The position numbers and the translations under genes are program-made. From NCBI GenBank assembly GCA_041596615.1, contig JBFHIG010000002.1, positions 3,162-67,161 on the forward strand: a DNA stretch of 64,000 bases, in the 5' to 3' direction. Below, piece after piece: positions 46,501 to 54,547 of the stretch; the first letter of the stretch is position 1, and every line of letters starts with the position of its first letter. Under the pieces are notes generated by a model, which was not told where the DNA came from, made no database searches, and worked only from the letters and a program-made list of their open reading frames with translations. This DNA is from Candidatus Moraniibacteriota bacterium. Lineage in GTDB: Bacteria > Patescibacteriota > Minisyncoccia > Moranbacterales > DUUL01.

Positions 46501-46813
46501 GCTTAGAAGCCTCCTCTTCTTCAGAATCTCTTCTTAGATGTGTTAATGTTTTTTGAATTCCACCCCTTCTGGCGAAAGTAACTGCTTCTTTATCTCTCTT
46601 GTTTTGTTCAATTCTCCTAAGCCTCTCTTTTTCATTTTCCAAATCTCGCTCCTCCTTTCTTCTTTCACGATCCTCTAGATAGCGCTCTTCTCTTTCCTCC
46701 GAAGTCTCTTCATCTTCATACACAACCCTTTCTACGTCTTTTTCAGCATCCTGAGAAGCGACTTGTGCATCTCCATCCACGCTGTCTTTTTTTTGTTTTT
46801 CTTCTTCGGTCAT
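43511..46813 (-). CDS. Tandem (duplicated) GspE/PilB-family secretion ATPase: acidic N-terminus + T2SSE_N-like domain + two complete ATPase modules
   Basis: Two Walker A sites (SGPTGSGKTTTLYSL at aa ~377; TGPTGSGKTTTLYSL at aa ~825). Two Asp/His-box regions (RQDPDIILVGEIRD...LTGHLVLSTTHAN; RQDPDIIMVGEIRD...LTGHLILTTLHTN). Two tetracysteine motifs (CPHCK...CAKCHGLGYKGR; CPHCK...CEKCHNLGFKGR). Confidence 0.85.
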   Translation of the reverse strand: MTEEEKQKKDSVDGDAQVASQDAEKDVERVVYEDEETSEEREERYLEDRERRKEERDLENEKERLRRIEQNKRDKEAVTFARRGGIQKTLTHLRRDSEEEEASKLAKDLHLAYLDLNIFPIDQENVKFIEKEKAKSLGIAVIHKLERSIKLVATNPEDGKVRDFIADLEDDGMRVELFVVSQSSIERAWMEYGKENLSVILDTLRAGLTGEELANFEDETKGVLDMDKRIRDLPVTKVLNMILAGAIKLQSSDIHFEPQQTGKVRLRFRIDGVLQTVASFPIHIYPTIVSRVKVLGKMMINVRDIAQDGRFSVEREGQSAMDLRVSILPGNFGENIVVRLLSQNIEDLSLSKMGLEGLNYEWLIKESEKKQGAIINSGPTGSGKTTTLYSLINRLNSVDKKIISIENPIEYQVPGVSQTQVEDSKGYTFENGLRAIMRQDPDIILVGEIRDESTAEIAIHASLTGHLVLSTTHANSASGVIGRFVDLGVKPNLIAPAVNAFVAQRLLRRLCPHCKEEYVPASETIDMIKKMLALISPKADISIPKRIDRLWKPRGCAKCHGLGYKGRVGIFEILVITEEIKTAIEKMAPEDEIRSAALENGMITLEQDGILKSVTGTTSIEELQRVVGKGEYLIDLYEKIVVQSLARGIFIKDDVLEKMAKVKNDYEEFEELFSVLPPKELVRYVLIGAVYTGTGDIHIEPGLKKFKIRYRIDGVLHDVALLSMNDYLTVLNEIKNLMGVKTGKREGVIDGRFKIVYSNKERESGEESIDVRVSVILGGFGDVIVMRLLSQSVQVTELAELNMNPYNLEKILRNVAKPNGIIMDTGPTGSGKTTTLYSLLNYLKDPKLKVITIEDPIEYQMEGVLQTQVKEDDGYTFSSAMRVILRQDPDIIMVGEIRDSESANAAYKVALTGHLILTTLHTNSAAGSVQRLLNMGVSMSDLSSGTNCFVAQRLVRTLCPHCKRERAVKVEEEEIIEEVLNSISPKVKIDIPKKVDKVFEPVGCEKCHNLGFKGRVAITEVLEIDRVMQKFLTTNPITIEIREKAIEEGMLTMGQDGILHILRGETTLDEVAHVITEIEYVEKVKQVGRRLNEDSESQAE

Positions 46814-46853
46814 AGCTATATAAGTTTTGTTTTATGTATTGGCACGTATCTTT

Positions 46854-46862
46854 ATTATAGCA
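46854..46862 (-). promoter_or_regulatory. Extended -10 promoter element upstream of the tandem ATPase gene
   Basis: The minus strand reads GTGTGCTATAAT (TGcTATAAT). The -35 is poor (TATGCA). It lies ~40 nt upstream of the ATG at 46813. Confidence 0.35.
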
Positions 46863-46889
46863 CACCAAAGAAAGCTTGCATAAATTAAT

Positions 46890-46912
46890 ACAGGCAATTG
46901 AAAATTGCCTGT
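46890..46912 (-). terminator. Hairpin downstream of rsmA (probable terminator)
   Basis: ACAGGCAATT-GAA-AATTGCCTGT perfect 10-bp stem. The downstream U-tract on the minus strand is only moderate (ATTAATTTAT). Confidence 0.55.
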
Positions 46913-46925
46913 TGAAGAAAATAGA

Positions 46926-47810
46926 TTATTTTTCGAAAACTACATCTCTCAATTTCTTCCATTCTTCTATTGATAAATTCTGTGCTCTGATGTTCTTATC
47001 CCAACCAAATTTATTAAAAATATTAAGCATTTCATTTTTATCTTTTTCCAACCCAGAAACTAAGTTATTTAGTAATTTTTTTCGTGGACTAGAAAAACCA
47101 CTCTTTACTATCTTAAAAAATTCCTTCTCTAAATGTTTTGTTTCTCTTTTTTCTTTCGGAAAAGTTTTTACACAAATAATTGCTGAATCAACCTTTGGTA
47201 CTGGATAAAAAGCTGTCTTTGGAACGACACCAACTAATTTAACATCACCATAGTATTGAGCTGAAACAGCAAGAATATTCATTGAACCAACCTCAGAAGA
47301 AACTCTTTCTGCGACTTCTTTCTGAATTAAAAGCACTATTGATTTTGGCTGAGTTTCTGTTTCTAGAAGTAAACGAAAGATTTTGCCTGTTATATAATAT
47401 GGAATATTTGCAACTACTTTATAATCACAAAAATCTCTTTCTTTTAAAAATTCTGGCAAGTTAACTTTTAAAATATCCTCTTCTATAATTTCAATTTTTT
47501 TATTATCCTTACTATTGTTCACTCTATATTTTCCACTCAGATATTCCACCATTCTTCGGTCTTTTTCGATGCAAATTACCTTTTTAGGAACCTTAATTAA
47601 TTGATCTGTCAGAATTCCCGTACCCGGACCAATCTCCAAGACGTTATCATCCTTTTTTAGATTAGCTGCTTCTATAATTATACCAAGAAATTTTTCGTCA
47701 TTTAAAAAATTTTGTCCTAGCGATTTCTTAGCACTAGGCGAATTTTTAAAATTATTACCTTGCCCTTTTTCATTCCTAAACTGTCTTCTTTTTTCTTTTC
47801 TAGTTATCAT
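46926..47810 (-). CDS. rsmA: 16S rRNA (adenine1518/1519-N6)-dimethyltransferase
   Basis: KSLGQNFL start motif, SAM-binding VLEIGPGTGILT, and NIPYYIT. Confidence 0.93.
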   Translation of the reverse strand: MITRKEKRRQFRNEKGQGNNFKNSPSAKKSLGQNFLNDEKFLGIIIEAANLKKDDNVLEIGPGTGILTDQLIKVPKKVICIEKDRRMVEYLSGKYRVNNSKDNKKIEIIEEDILKVNLPEFLKERDFCDYKVVANIPYYITGKIFRLLLETETQPKSIVLLIQKEVAERVSSEVGSMNILAVSAQYYGDVKLVGVVPKTAFYPVPKVDSAIICVKTFPKEKRETKHLEKEFFKIVKSGFSSPRKKLLNNLVSGLEKDKNEMLNIFNKFGWDKNIRAQNLSIEEWKKLRDVVFEK

Positions 47811-47836
47811 TTTTAAAATCTTTAAGTTTTTAACAG

Positions 47837-48790
47837 CTATTGCAAAATTTCTTCCACTTTCACATTCACAAGACCCTTCCCCAGTGAAGCTATTTTTTCA
47901 AAAGCCACCGCCTCTAGATCAATCCTTCTTCCAGTGGACAATGCCGGCCCAAAATCTTTCACTTCTACAATAACTTGCTTTCCATTTTCATTATTGGTTA
48001 CGCGAAGCCAAGTTCCTCTTGGAAAAATTCTAGAGGCACAGGTTAATTTTCCAGTATAACGATACCAACTTGCAATCCCAGTTTTTACTTTTCCCACATT
48101 GATTTTAGTTCCAATTGTAACAATTTTTGAGATAGGTTTTTTAATGATTTCTGAAGAAATAATTTCTTTGGAAATTTCTTTTCCATTTTTATAGGTAATC
48201 TTATACTCAATTATTTTCTCACCCTTCTCGCCCTCTTGTTCAACTTTCTCTTTTTTCCATTGTAATTTTGAATCATTTTTTTCAATTATCTCAAACTCAA
48301 TTTCCTTACTAACGGTAACATTTTCTACGTTGATTCTGGTCACAACAATTTCTTCATTTTCACCAATTATCTCCTCTCTAGAGGGCTCAACTTTGTCCAA
48401 GCGTCCAAGTTCGATATCAGCATCAGCTAATGCGCCTTCAACTGTTTTTGCAAATGTATTACTCTCAATTTCTTTTCCATCAACCTGGATTTTTGCTTTT
48501 TTATTTCGCCAAACCTCCACCATCATTCCCGGCAAAAGCTTTGCTTGCTTCTCTGGATAGAATAAATCTTCTTCGGTTAGATTAATTTGATGTTTTTGGA
48601 TAAATTCGCCTACAGTTTTAGCGTTGGAGTTTATTTGATATATCAAACCATCATCTTGTAAGATTATTGCATTTTTATCCTCGAAAACCAGTTGTCTTTT
48701 TTCACTAAATAAAGCCGCCGATCCTTTCCAAATCAGCAACCCAATCAAAGTCATAGCAAAAATCACAAACCATTTTTTCATTTTCATCAA
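47837..48790 (-). CDS. Cell-wall protein: TM anchor + DUF348-like + G5 domain + RlpA/3D-like double-psi beta-barrel
   Basis: The G5-type segment is TVSKEIEFEIIEKNDSKL...GEKGEKIIEYKITYKNGKE...IVTIGTK. The C-terminal segment is GIASWYRYTGKLTCASRIFPRGTWLRVTN...VIVEVKDFGP. Confidence 0.75.
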   Translation of the reverse strand: MMKMKKWFVIFAMTLIGLLIWKGSAALFSEKRQLVFEDKNAIILQDDGLIYQINSNAKTVGEFIQKHQINLTEEDLFYPEKQAKLLPGMMVEVWRNKKAKIQVDGKEIESNTFAKTVEGALADADIELGRLDKVEPSREEIIGENEEIVVTRINVENVTVSKEIEFEIIEKNDSKLQWKKEKVEQEGEKGEKIIEYKITYKNGKEISKEIISSEIIKKPISKIVTIGTKINVGKVKTGIASWYRYTGKLTCASRIFPRGTWLRVTNNENGKQVIVEVKDFGPALSTGRRIDLEAVAFEKIASLGKGLVNVKVEEILQ

Positions 48791-48911
48791 TAAGAGTATA
48801 TCACATCTAAAAGCTAAAAAACAATGCTTTTGGAGCTATTTTTAGAACATTTTTAAACATCTTTTCTGGTAATAAAAAGCTTTTCAAAGAGCATTTTCAC
48901 TACGAAATTGC

Positions 48912-48940
48912 TTGACAAATTGATTAAAATATGCTATATT
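48912..48940 (+). promoter_or_regulatory. Near-consensus sigma70 promoter with extended -10
   Basis: TTGACA (48912-48917), a 17-nt spacer ending in TGC, then TATATT (48935-48940). Confidence 0.55.
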
Positions 48941-49017
48941 GGAAAACATATCAGTACCTATCATTTTTGTTGTGTAAATCAAAATTCAACCTTGTCCGAG
49001 GACAAAGGGGGTGTGTT

Positions 49018-49689
49018 ATGGGAAAATCAGCGATTGACTGTTTGAGAGCAAACTTCATCAGGGGTGGAAGTAAAAAAAACGCCCTAGTCCTTATTAGGGC
49101 CTTGGAAGAAGAGCTCCAACAAACAAATGAAAAATTGGAAGGGGCCGAAGCTTATATAATTCAACTAGAGGAAGATAATCGTTTTCTCCGAAGGCAAGTT
49201 ATCATTGACAGCTTAACTGGGATTCATAATAGAAGATTTTTTAATGAAGAGTTCCCTAAAGAAGTTTTGAGGGCTAAGCGTCGAAAAGAAGCGGTGTCAA
49301 TTATAATGATCGACATTGATAATTTTAAAAGATTCAATGACACCTATGGACATCCCAAGGGAGACGAAGTTTTGCAACTAGTTGCACTGGCCCTGGAAAA
49401 TGTCTTACAGCGTCCGACTGACTCTCTTTCAAGATATGGCGGAGAAGAGCTCGTCTTTATTCTTCCGAATACTGATCTGGCTGGTGCTCAGTACATTGCT
49501 GAGAAAGCTCGCCAATCAGTGGAATCTCTTAATATTCCACATTCTGCTAACGATGCTAATGTTGTAACTATCAGTTTGGGTGCTGCAACTATACACCTCA
49601 ACGAGTCAGCCCATCATCTGCTCGCAAGAGCTGATAAATGTTTATACAAAGCAAAAACATGCGGAAGAAATCGCGTTTATTGCGATTAA
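49018..49689 (+). CDS. Diguanylate cyclase (GGDEF domain) with a short N-terminal coiled-coil
   Basis: I place the start at ATG 49018 because the SD AAGGGGG lies 6-7 nt upstream. The active-site region is RYGGEELVFILP. An RxxD I-site (RPTD) sits 5 residues upstream. DIDNFKRFNDTYGHPKGDEVL is also present. Confidence 0.85.
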   Translation: MGKSAIDCLRANFIRGGSKKNALVLIRALEEELQQTNEKLEGAEAYIIQLEEDNRFLRRQVIIDSLTGIHNRRFFNEEFPKEVLRAKRRKEAVSIIMIDIDNFKRFNDTYGHPKGDEVLQLVALALENVLQRPTDSLSRYGGEELVFILPNTDLAGAQYIAEKARQSVESLNIPHSANDANVVTISLGAATIHLNESAHHLLARADKCLYKAKTCGRNRVYCD

Positions 49690-49703
49690 GTCCACAGAAA
49701 AAG

Positions 49704-49743
49704 AAAAGCATAGAACTTGAACCTTAAGTTTTGTGCTTTTTTC
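49704..49743 (+). terminator. Rho-independent terminator of the GGDEF gene
   Basis: AAAAGCAT...GTGCTTTT outer stem with an inner AACTT/AAGTT helix, followed by a T-run. Confidence 0.65.
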
Positions 49744-49828
49744 GTCCATTTTTTCGTAAATTAAAAAGGACCGAGAGAAAATTTTCCCTAATCCTTTTTA
49801 GATTTCCAAAAGTATGTTCTGACTTTCT

Positions 49829-50506
49829 TTATTCTTTAACTTCAACTTCAGCCACTTGGGACTTTTTACTTCTAGTAAATTTAAAAGCAACAGAAAGCAT
49901 CGCCAGGACAACAATCCCCGAAAGTGTATAATCGGCAAAATCAGGGAGTCCGATGTGTTGCTTCAGTAGAAAGCAATAAATCACCAATACTGATGCCGAA
50001 GCCGCTTTGGTCTTGCCAAAATTATTTGCAGCCGTTGCAAAACATAGACCAATTTTTTGGATAATATGCACAGCATTTCTTAGGTACTGCCCGGAAATAT
50101 CAACTACCATAAAGAGCAGTACTAATTTCCAGGAAAGCATTCCTTCGAAAGCAAAATAAGCGAGCGGTATGAAATATTTAATCTTGTCCATGAATGGGTC
50201 CAATTTTTTCCCAAATGGTGTAATGAGTTCCAGCTCACGAGCCACAATCCCATCAAGCATGTCAGCAAAAACACCGACAATATACAACGTAACTCCCAAA
50301 TCTGGATAATCAAAATAATATAAAATCATACCAGCGATTGAAGTGAGTCCTCCCCAAATTGTAATTGCATTAGGGTGCATAAAAAAACTAAACCGTAAAA
50401 CTATTTTCTTTGTCTCTTTTTTATTGCTTATTACTATACTTCTAAGTAAAAGCACCACAATCAAACAAAAAATTACTACAAAAGCAACTAAACCGAGCTT
50501 GATCAT
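49829..50506 (-). CDS. CDP-alcohol phosphatidyltransferase family protein
   Basis: Signature D-x2-DG-x2-AR...G-x3-D-x3-D, seen as FADMLDGIVARELELITPFGKKLDPFMDKI, in a polytopic membrane protein. Confidence 0.8.
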   Translation of the reverse strand: MIKLGLVAFVVIFCLIVVLLLRSIVISNKKETKKIVLRFSFFMHPNAITIWGGLTSIAGMILYYFDYPDLGVTLYIVGVFADMLDGIVARELELITPFGKKLDPFMDKIKYFIPLAYFAFEGMLSWKLVLLFMVVDISGQYLRNAVHIIQKIGLCFATAANNFGKTKAASASVLVIYCFLLKQHIGLPDFADYTLSGIVVLAMLSVAFKFTRSKKSQVAEVEVKE

Positions 50507-50641
50507 AATTCACCCCCTACAAAGTTTATCCTACGAAAGTTAGCTTGCGCCAAAAAATAATAAAGTACATACAACAATGCTATACCAAAAAACAGGAAAC
50601 TTCAAGGGTTTCCTGTTTAAAAAATTAGCTTTGCTAAAGCT

Positions 50642-52894
50642 CTATACCTTCTCCAGTGGAGCGAAACCTTTTGCTAATTTTTTCAAACCTGTCTTTGGGA
50701 AAACAACGCTGAATGTTTTTTCATCTTGCGAAACAATAATTCCTCTGCCAAAGTCTGCATGCATCACACTCTCTCCGTCACCAAAATCTGATCTATTTTT
50801 TTTCTTGTTTTTTTTCTTGGGTTTTAAATCGAAACTTGTTGGTCTTTTTATAAATCCCTTTCCACCTCCAAAATAGTCATCTAGCCCCTGATCTATAATT
50901 GCTTCACTGCGAAAAAAATCATCGTCTCCCAATAACTCATCATATCTCTGTTCAAATAATTTAGGTTCAATTTCATCAATAAATCGTGATTTAATTGACA
51001 TCTGGGTGGAGCCATAAATATTCCTTGTCATTGTATAAAGCAAGTGAGCTTTCTGTTTTGCCCTGGTGATTCCAACGTAACAAAGTCTTCTTTCCTCTTC
51101 CATCTCGCTCTCGCTCATCGTTGCACGAGAGTGTGGCAGAAGCCCTTCCTCCATTCCCACAATAAAAATTGATTCATATTCAAGCCCCTTTGCGCTATGC
51201 AAGGTCATAAAAGGAACAACTTCAGTCACACCCAAATCATTGTCTGTTTGAGAGACCAGAGTAACTTCTTCTAAAAAGGCCTCCAGCCCGTCTTCATGAT
51301 CATCAAACTTCCTGGCAACAGTCAAAAGCTCCTGAACATTCTCGTGCCTGACCTGTCCTTCTTCGCCTTCTTTCGCCAACATTTTTTCATAACCACTGCC
51401 AGAATATATTTTTTCAATCAGCTGGGCCACTGTTTTGGTTTGCGAATCAATAAGCGACTCTCCCATCAAGTTGTAGAATTTCTGCAACTCCTTAGCTTTT
51501 GAAGGTGGAATTCCGAATTCGCGAGAATCTTTTGCTTTGGCAATTTTTTCGATTGCCAACAATAAGTCCCCTCCCAAACCATCTGCAATTGCAATAATTT
51601 TTTCAACTGTTTTGTCTCCGATGCCTCTGGCAGGAATATTAATTATTCTTTGAAACCCAATTTTATTGCTTGTATTGTGTACGAAAAAAAGATAAGCCAA
51701 AATATCTTTGACCTCCTTTCGTTGATAAAATTTCAGCCCGCCGATTATTTTATAGGGAATTCCAGCTTTCATAAAAGCCTCCTCCATTGCACGTGATTGT
51801 GCATTTGTTCTATATAGAACTGCAAAATCATCAAACTTAAGTTTCATTTCTTTTTTAAGTTTGGAGATTTCCTCCGTCACAAAAAAAGCTTCTGTTTTTT
51901 CATCTCTCGCTTCAAAAAGTGTCAACAAATTACCAGCGTCATTTTCCGTCCACATATTCTTTTCTTTTCTGTTCACATTTTTGGAAATCACCTGATGTGC
52001 TGCATCCAAAATATTCTGAGTGCTTCGATAATTTTGCTCAAGCAAGACCACTTTTGCATCTGGATAATCCTTTTCAAAGTCCAAAATATTTTGCACATCA
52101 GCTCCTCGCCAGCCATAAATTGACTGCCAGTCATCTCCAACTACACAAAGATTTTTGTGTTTATCTGCCAACATTTTGAGTAGGGTGTATTGTGCATGGT
52201 TGGTATCCTGATACTCGTCAACCATTATATAACGAAATATTGTTTGATATTTATCTAGAATATCTGGATTGTCTTGCATAAGCTTGGCAGTAAAAAGAAT
52301 AATATCATCAAAATCAAGCGCACTTGCTTGTTTCAATTCTTTTGCGTACTTGGTATAGCACTTGGCCACAAGCTCCTCAAAATAACTACCTGTTTGCTCT
52401 TCAAAACTCTGGGCATCAATTAATTTATTTTTTGCATTTGAGATAGCACCCAAAACCGCCTTTGGTTTTATTTGGTCTTGAGAAATATGCAATTCTCTCA
52501 TCACTCTCTTCATCAGCGCCAATTGATCCTGGTCGTCATATATCACAAACTTAGACTCAAATCCAAGCCTTTCAATTTCACGACGCAAAATCCTAACACA
52601 AATTGAATGGAAAGTTCCCACATGAGGAACACCGGGAGAAAAAGAGTTAGTTTCAGGAGGCAATTTCAAAAGCTCCTTAACTCGTTCTAACATCTCTCCA
52701 GCTGCTTTATTTGTGAAGGTTACTGCTAAGACATTTTTGGGGTGTATTCCTTTTTCCAAAATCAAGTATGCCACACGAAAAGTCAACGCTCTTGTTTTCC
52801 CAGAACCCGCGCCGGCAAGAATCAGAACTGGTCCCTCTGTTTGAAGCACTGCTTCTTTTTGCTTATCATTTAAACTATCTATCAATTTAGACAT
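50642..52894 (-). CDS. pcrA: ATP-dependent DNA helicase PcrA/UvrD (SF1)
   Basis: LNDKQKEAV, AGAGSGKTRALT (motif I), VDEYQDTN (motif II), TLHSAKGLEY, and YVGITRAK. Confidence 0.92.
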   Translation of the reverse strand: MSKLIDSLNDKQKEAVLQTEGPVLILAGAGSGKTRALTFRVAYLILEKGIHPKNVLAVTFTNKAAGEMLERVKELLKLPPETNSFSPGVPHVGTFHSICVRILRREIERLGFESKFVIYDDQDQLALMKRVMRELHISQDQIKPKAVLGAISNAKNKLIDAQSFEEQTGSYFEELVAKCYTKYAKELKQASALDFDDIILFTAKLMQDNPDILDKYQTIFRYIMVDEYQDTNHAQYTLLKMLADKHKNLCVVGDDWQSIYGWRGADVQNILDFEKDYPDAKVVLLEQNYRSTQNILDAAHQVISKNVNRKEKNMWTENDAGNLLTLFEARDEKTEAFFVTEEISKLKKEMKLKFDDFAVLYRTNAQSRAMEEAFMKAGIPYKIIGGLKFYQRKEVKDILAYLFFVHNTSNKIGFQRIINIPARGIGDKTVEKIIAIADGLGGDLLLAIEKIAKAKDSREFGIPPSKAKELQKFYNLMGESLIDSQTKTVAQLIEKIYSGSGYEKMLAKEGEEGQVRHENVQELLTVARKFDDHEDGLEAFLEEVTLVSQTDNDLGVTEVVPFMTLHSAKGLEYESIFIVGMEEGLLPHSRATMSESEMEEERRLCYVGITRAKQKAHLLYTMTRNIYGSTQMSIKSRFIDEIEPKLFEQRYDELLGDDDFFRSEAIIDQGLDDYFGGGKGFIKRPTSFDLKPKKKNKKKNRSDFGDGESVMHADFGRGIIVSQDEKTFSVVFPKTGLKKLAKGFAPLEKV

Positions 52895-53041
52895 CTATCT
52901 TTTTTTAATTTCATATTATTCTATTCACTATACCATAGTAACTTAAACTTTTGTTTTTGTCACAAAAAAGTTAGGCTTTTAATTATGAAAATATTTCGTT
53001 ATAATTAACACACTCCAGTTAATTTACCTAAACCTAAAAAA

Positions 53042-53230
53042 ATGAAGATTACAGTAGACCAAGACCTTTGCATTGGTTGTCAGACCTGTGTTGTGAACTG
53101 TCCTGAATCATTCCAAATAAATGAAAATGAAAAGTCTTCGCCAATTTCACAGAAAGAATTTCCTTGCACCATGAAGGCTGTATCAGAATGTCCAGTTGGA
53201 GCTATTTCAGTTACCGAGGACGAGGAATAG
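53042..53230 (+). CDS. Small ferredoxin (single Fe-S cluster type)
   Basis: 62-aa ORF with CIGCQTCVVNCP and a distal CP (SECPVGAI). Confidence 0.8.
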   Translation: MKITVDQDLCIGCQTCVVNCPESFQINENEKSSPISQKEFPCTMKAVSECPVGAISVTEDEE

Positions 53231-53244
53231 CACTTCCAAAAATA

Positions 53245-53282
53245 AAATAACTGCCCTTTAAGAAAGGCAGTTATTTTATTTA
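53245..53282 (+). terminator. Rho-independent terminator
   Basis: AATAACTGCC...GGCAGTTATT long hairpin followed by TTTATTTATTT. Confidence 0.75.
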
Positions 53283-53355
53283 TTTATAAAGTTTATAGCT
53301 TGTTAAATAAATATAATATGCTATAAAAGAGTTACTAAAAAGTAAATTTTTTGTT

Positions 53356-53556
53356 ATGCAAAAGGAAGCTGAGCTTTTAGAAATCATAAATAACTCAAAT
53401 TTATCACAAGAACAAAAAAATCTTTGGGGCAATGCTGTAAGTGAAGTTGATGATGAGACTGCTACACTTTTAATTGAAGCTATAAATGCAGATGAAAAAG
53501 CGCTTGAAGTTTTAACCTTTAATTTAGAGGGAAAATACGAAGAACTTTCAGAATAA
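53356..53556 (+). CDS. Hypothetical small acidic protein
   Basis: 66-aa ORF between two terminators. I prefer it to the antisense Ser-rich ORF at 53280-53579. No family recognised. Confidence 0.45.
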   Translation: MQKEAELLEIINNSNLSQEQKNLWGNAVSEVDDETATLLIEAINADEKALEVLTFNLEGKYEELSE

Positions 53557-53589
53557 CATTTATTAGTTTTTCTATACAAACATAAATCA

Positions 53590-53629
53590 AAATCCCCTGC
53601 GTCTCAGATTCGAGTACAGGGGATTTTTT
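53590..53629. terminator. Bidirectional rho-independent terminator
   Basis: AAATCCCCTG...CAGGGGATTT 10-bp stem flanked by A and T runs, between convergent ORFs. Confidence 0.8.
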
Positions 53630-53636
53630 AAAGAGA

Positions 53637-54284
53637 CTACATAAAGGAATTTACTATCAAAAGGTAACTTCCCCAGAAATGACAAGCCATTGCCAATGCA
53701 TCGAATCTGTCGTAGACTCCTCCGTGTCCATATAAGAGTTTCTCTGTGATTAGACCTTCGCCAGAATCCTTTAGGTTATTTAATCGCTTAAATTTACTTG
53801 CGAATAAATCTCCAAGCACTCCTACAAGGCAAATAACAAGGACTGCATAAACCCAAGAGCTCGGTAGCTTGAAAATATATATCACACAACTACCAGCAAT
53901 TGTGCCGAAAAAAAGACCATAAATAAATCCACCCAAGGTCTTATTAGGACTCACTGGAAAGATTTTTATTTGTGACCATTTCCAAAAGTTAAAATATTTT
54001 CCACCTATCAGCCCAGCAGCATCACTAAAGGTGATGGTTACAGTTACTAACCAGATTTCATCCCTTGTCATATTTAAAAACCAAATGAGTCCCAAGATGT
54101 GTATTTTTGATAAAATAGACCACCTTATTGATTTAGACTTTCTTTTTTCAATCTCATAGAATCCTCCAAGTATAATCATACAGAGCAAGAAAGGTAACAT
54201 CCCTCCATGATAAAAAGCGCCAACAACAGGCAACCAGGCAAAAATTGCAAGTCTTGCCTTTTCTCCGCTTAGTTTTGTCCGCAT
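53637..54284 (-). CDS. cdsA: Phosphatidate cytidylyltransferase-like (CdsA family, short form)
   Basis: The C-terminal signature SKFKR...KDSG...HGGVYDRFD matches the CTP_transf_1 motif S-x-x-KR...PGHGG-x-x-DR-x-D. It is a polytopic membrane protein of 215 aa. Confidence 0.7.
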   Translation of the reverse strand: MRTKLSGEKARLAIFAWLPVVGAFYHGGMLPFLLCMIILGGFYEIEKRKSKSIRWSILSKIHILGLIWFLNMTRDEIWLVTVTITFSDAAGLIGGKYFNFWKWSQIKIFPVSPNKTLGGFIYGLFFGTIAGSCVIYIFKLPSSWVYAVLVICLVGVLGDLFASKFKRLNNLKDSGEGLITEKLLYGHGGVYDRFDALAMACHFWGSYLLIVNSFM

Positions 54285-54547
54285 ACTCCCTCCTATATAC
54301 TCGCATATTTCACAACACGGTTTCTATTTAGATTTTCTAAAGTACTAAAGACCAGGAAGTCTTTCGCTTAATATCTCACAGTCACTACTTAAAAGCAAGC
54401 TTCCTGAAATTTAATTTACTTTTTTTCTCGTACAAAGAAAGTAAATATGTTATTATTAATATACTTAGAAAAAATATAATAACAAAATAAATCCTCTCTT
54501 TATACAAGTTTCTCTAGCATGTTTAAAGAAAAGGGGACTCTACAATT

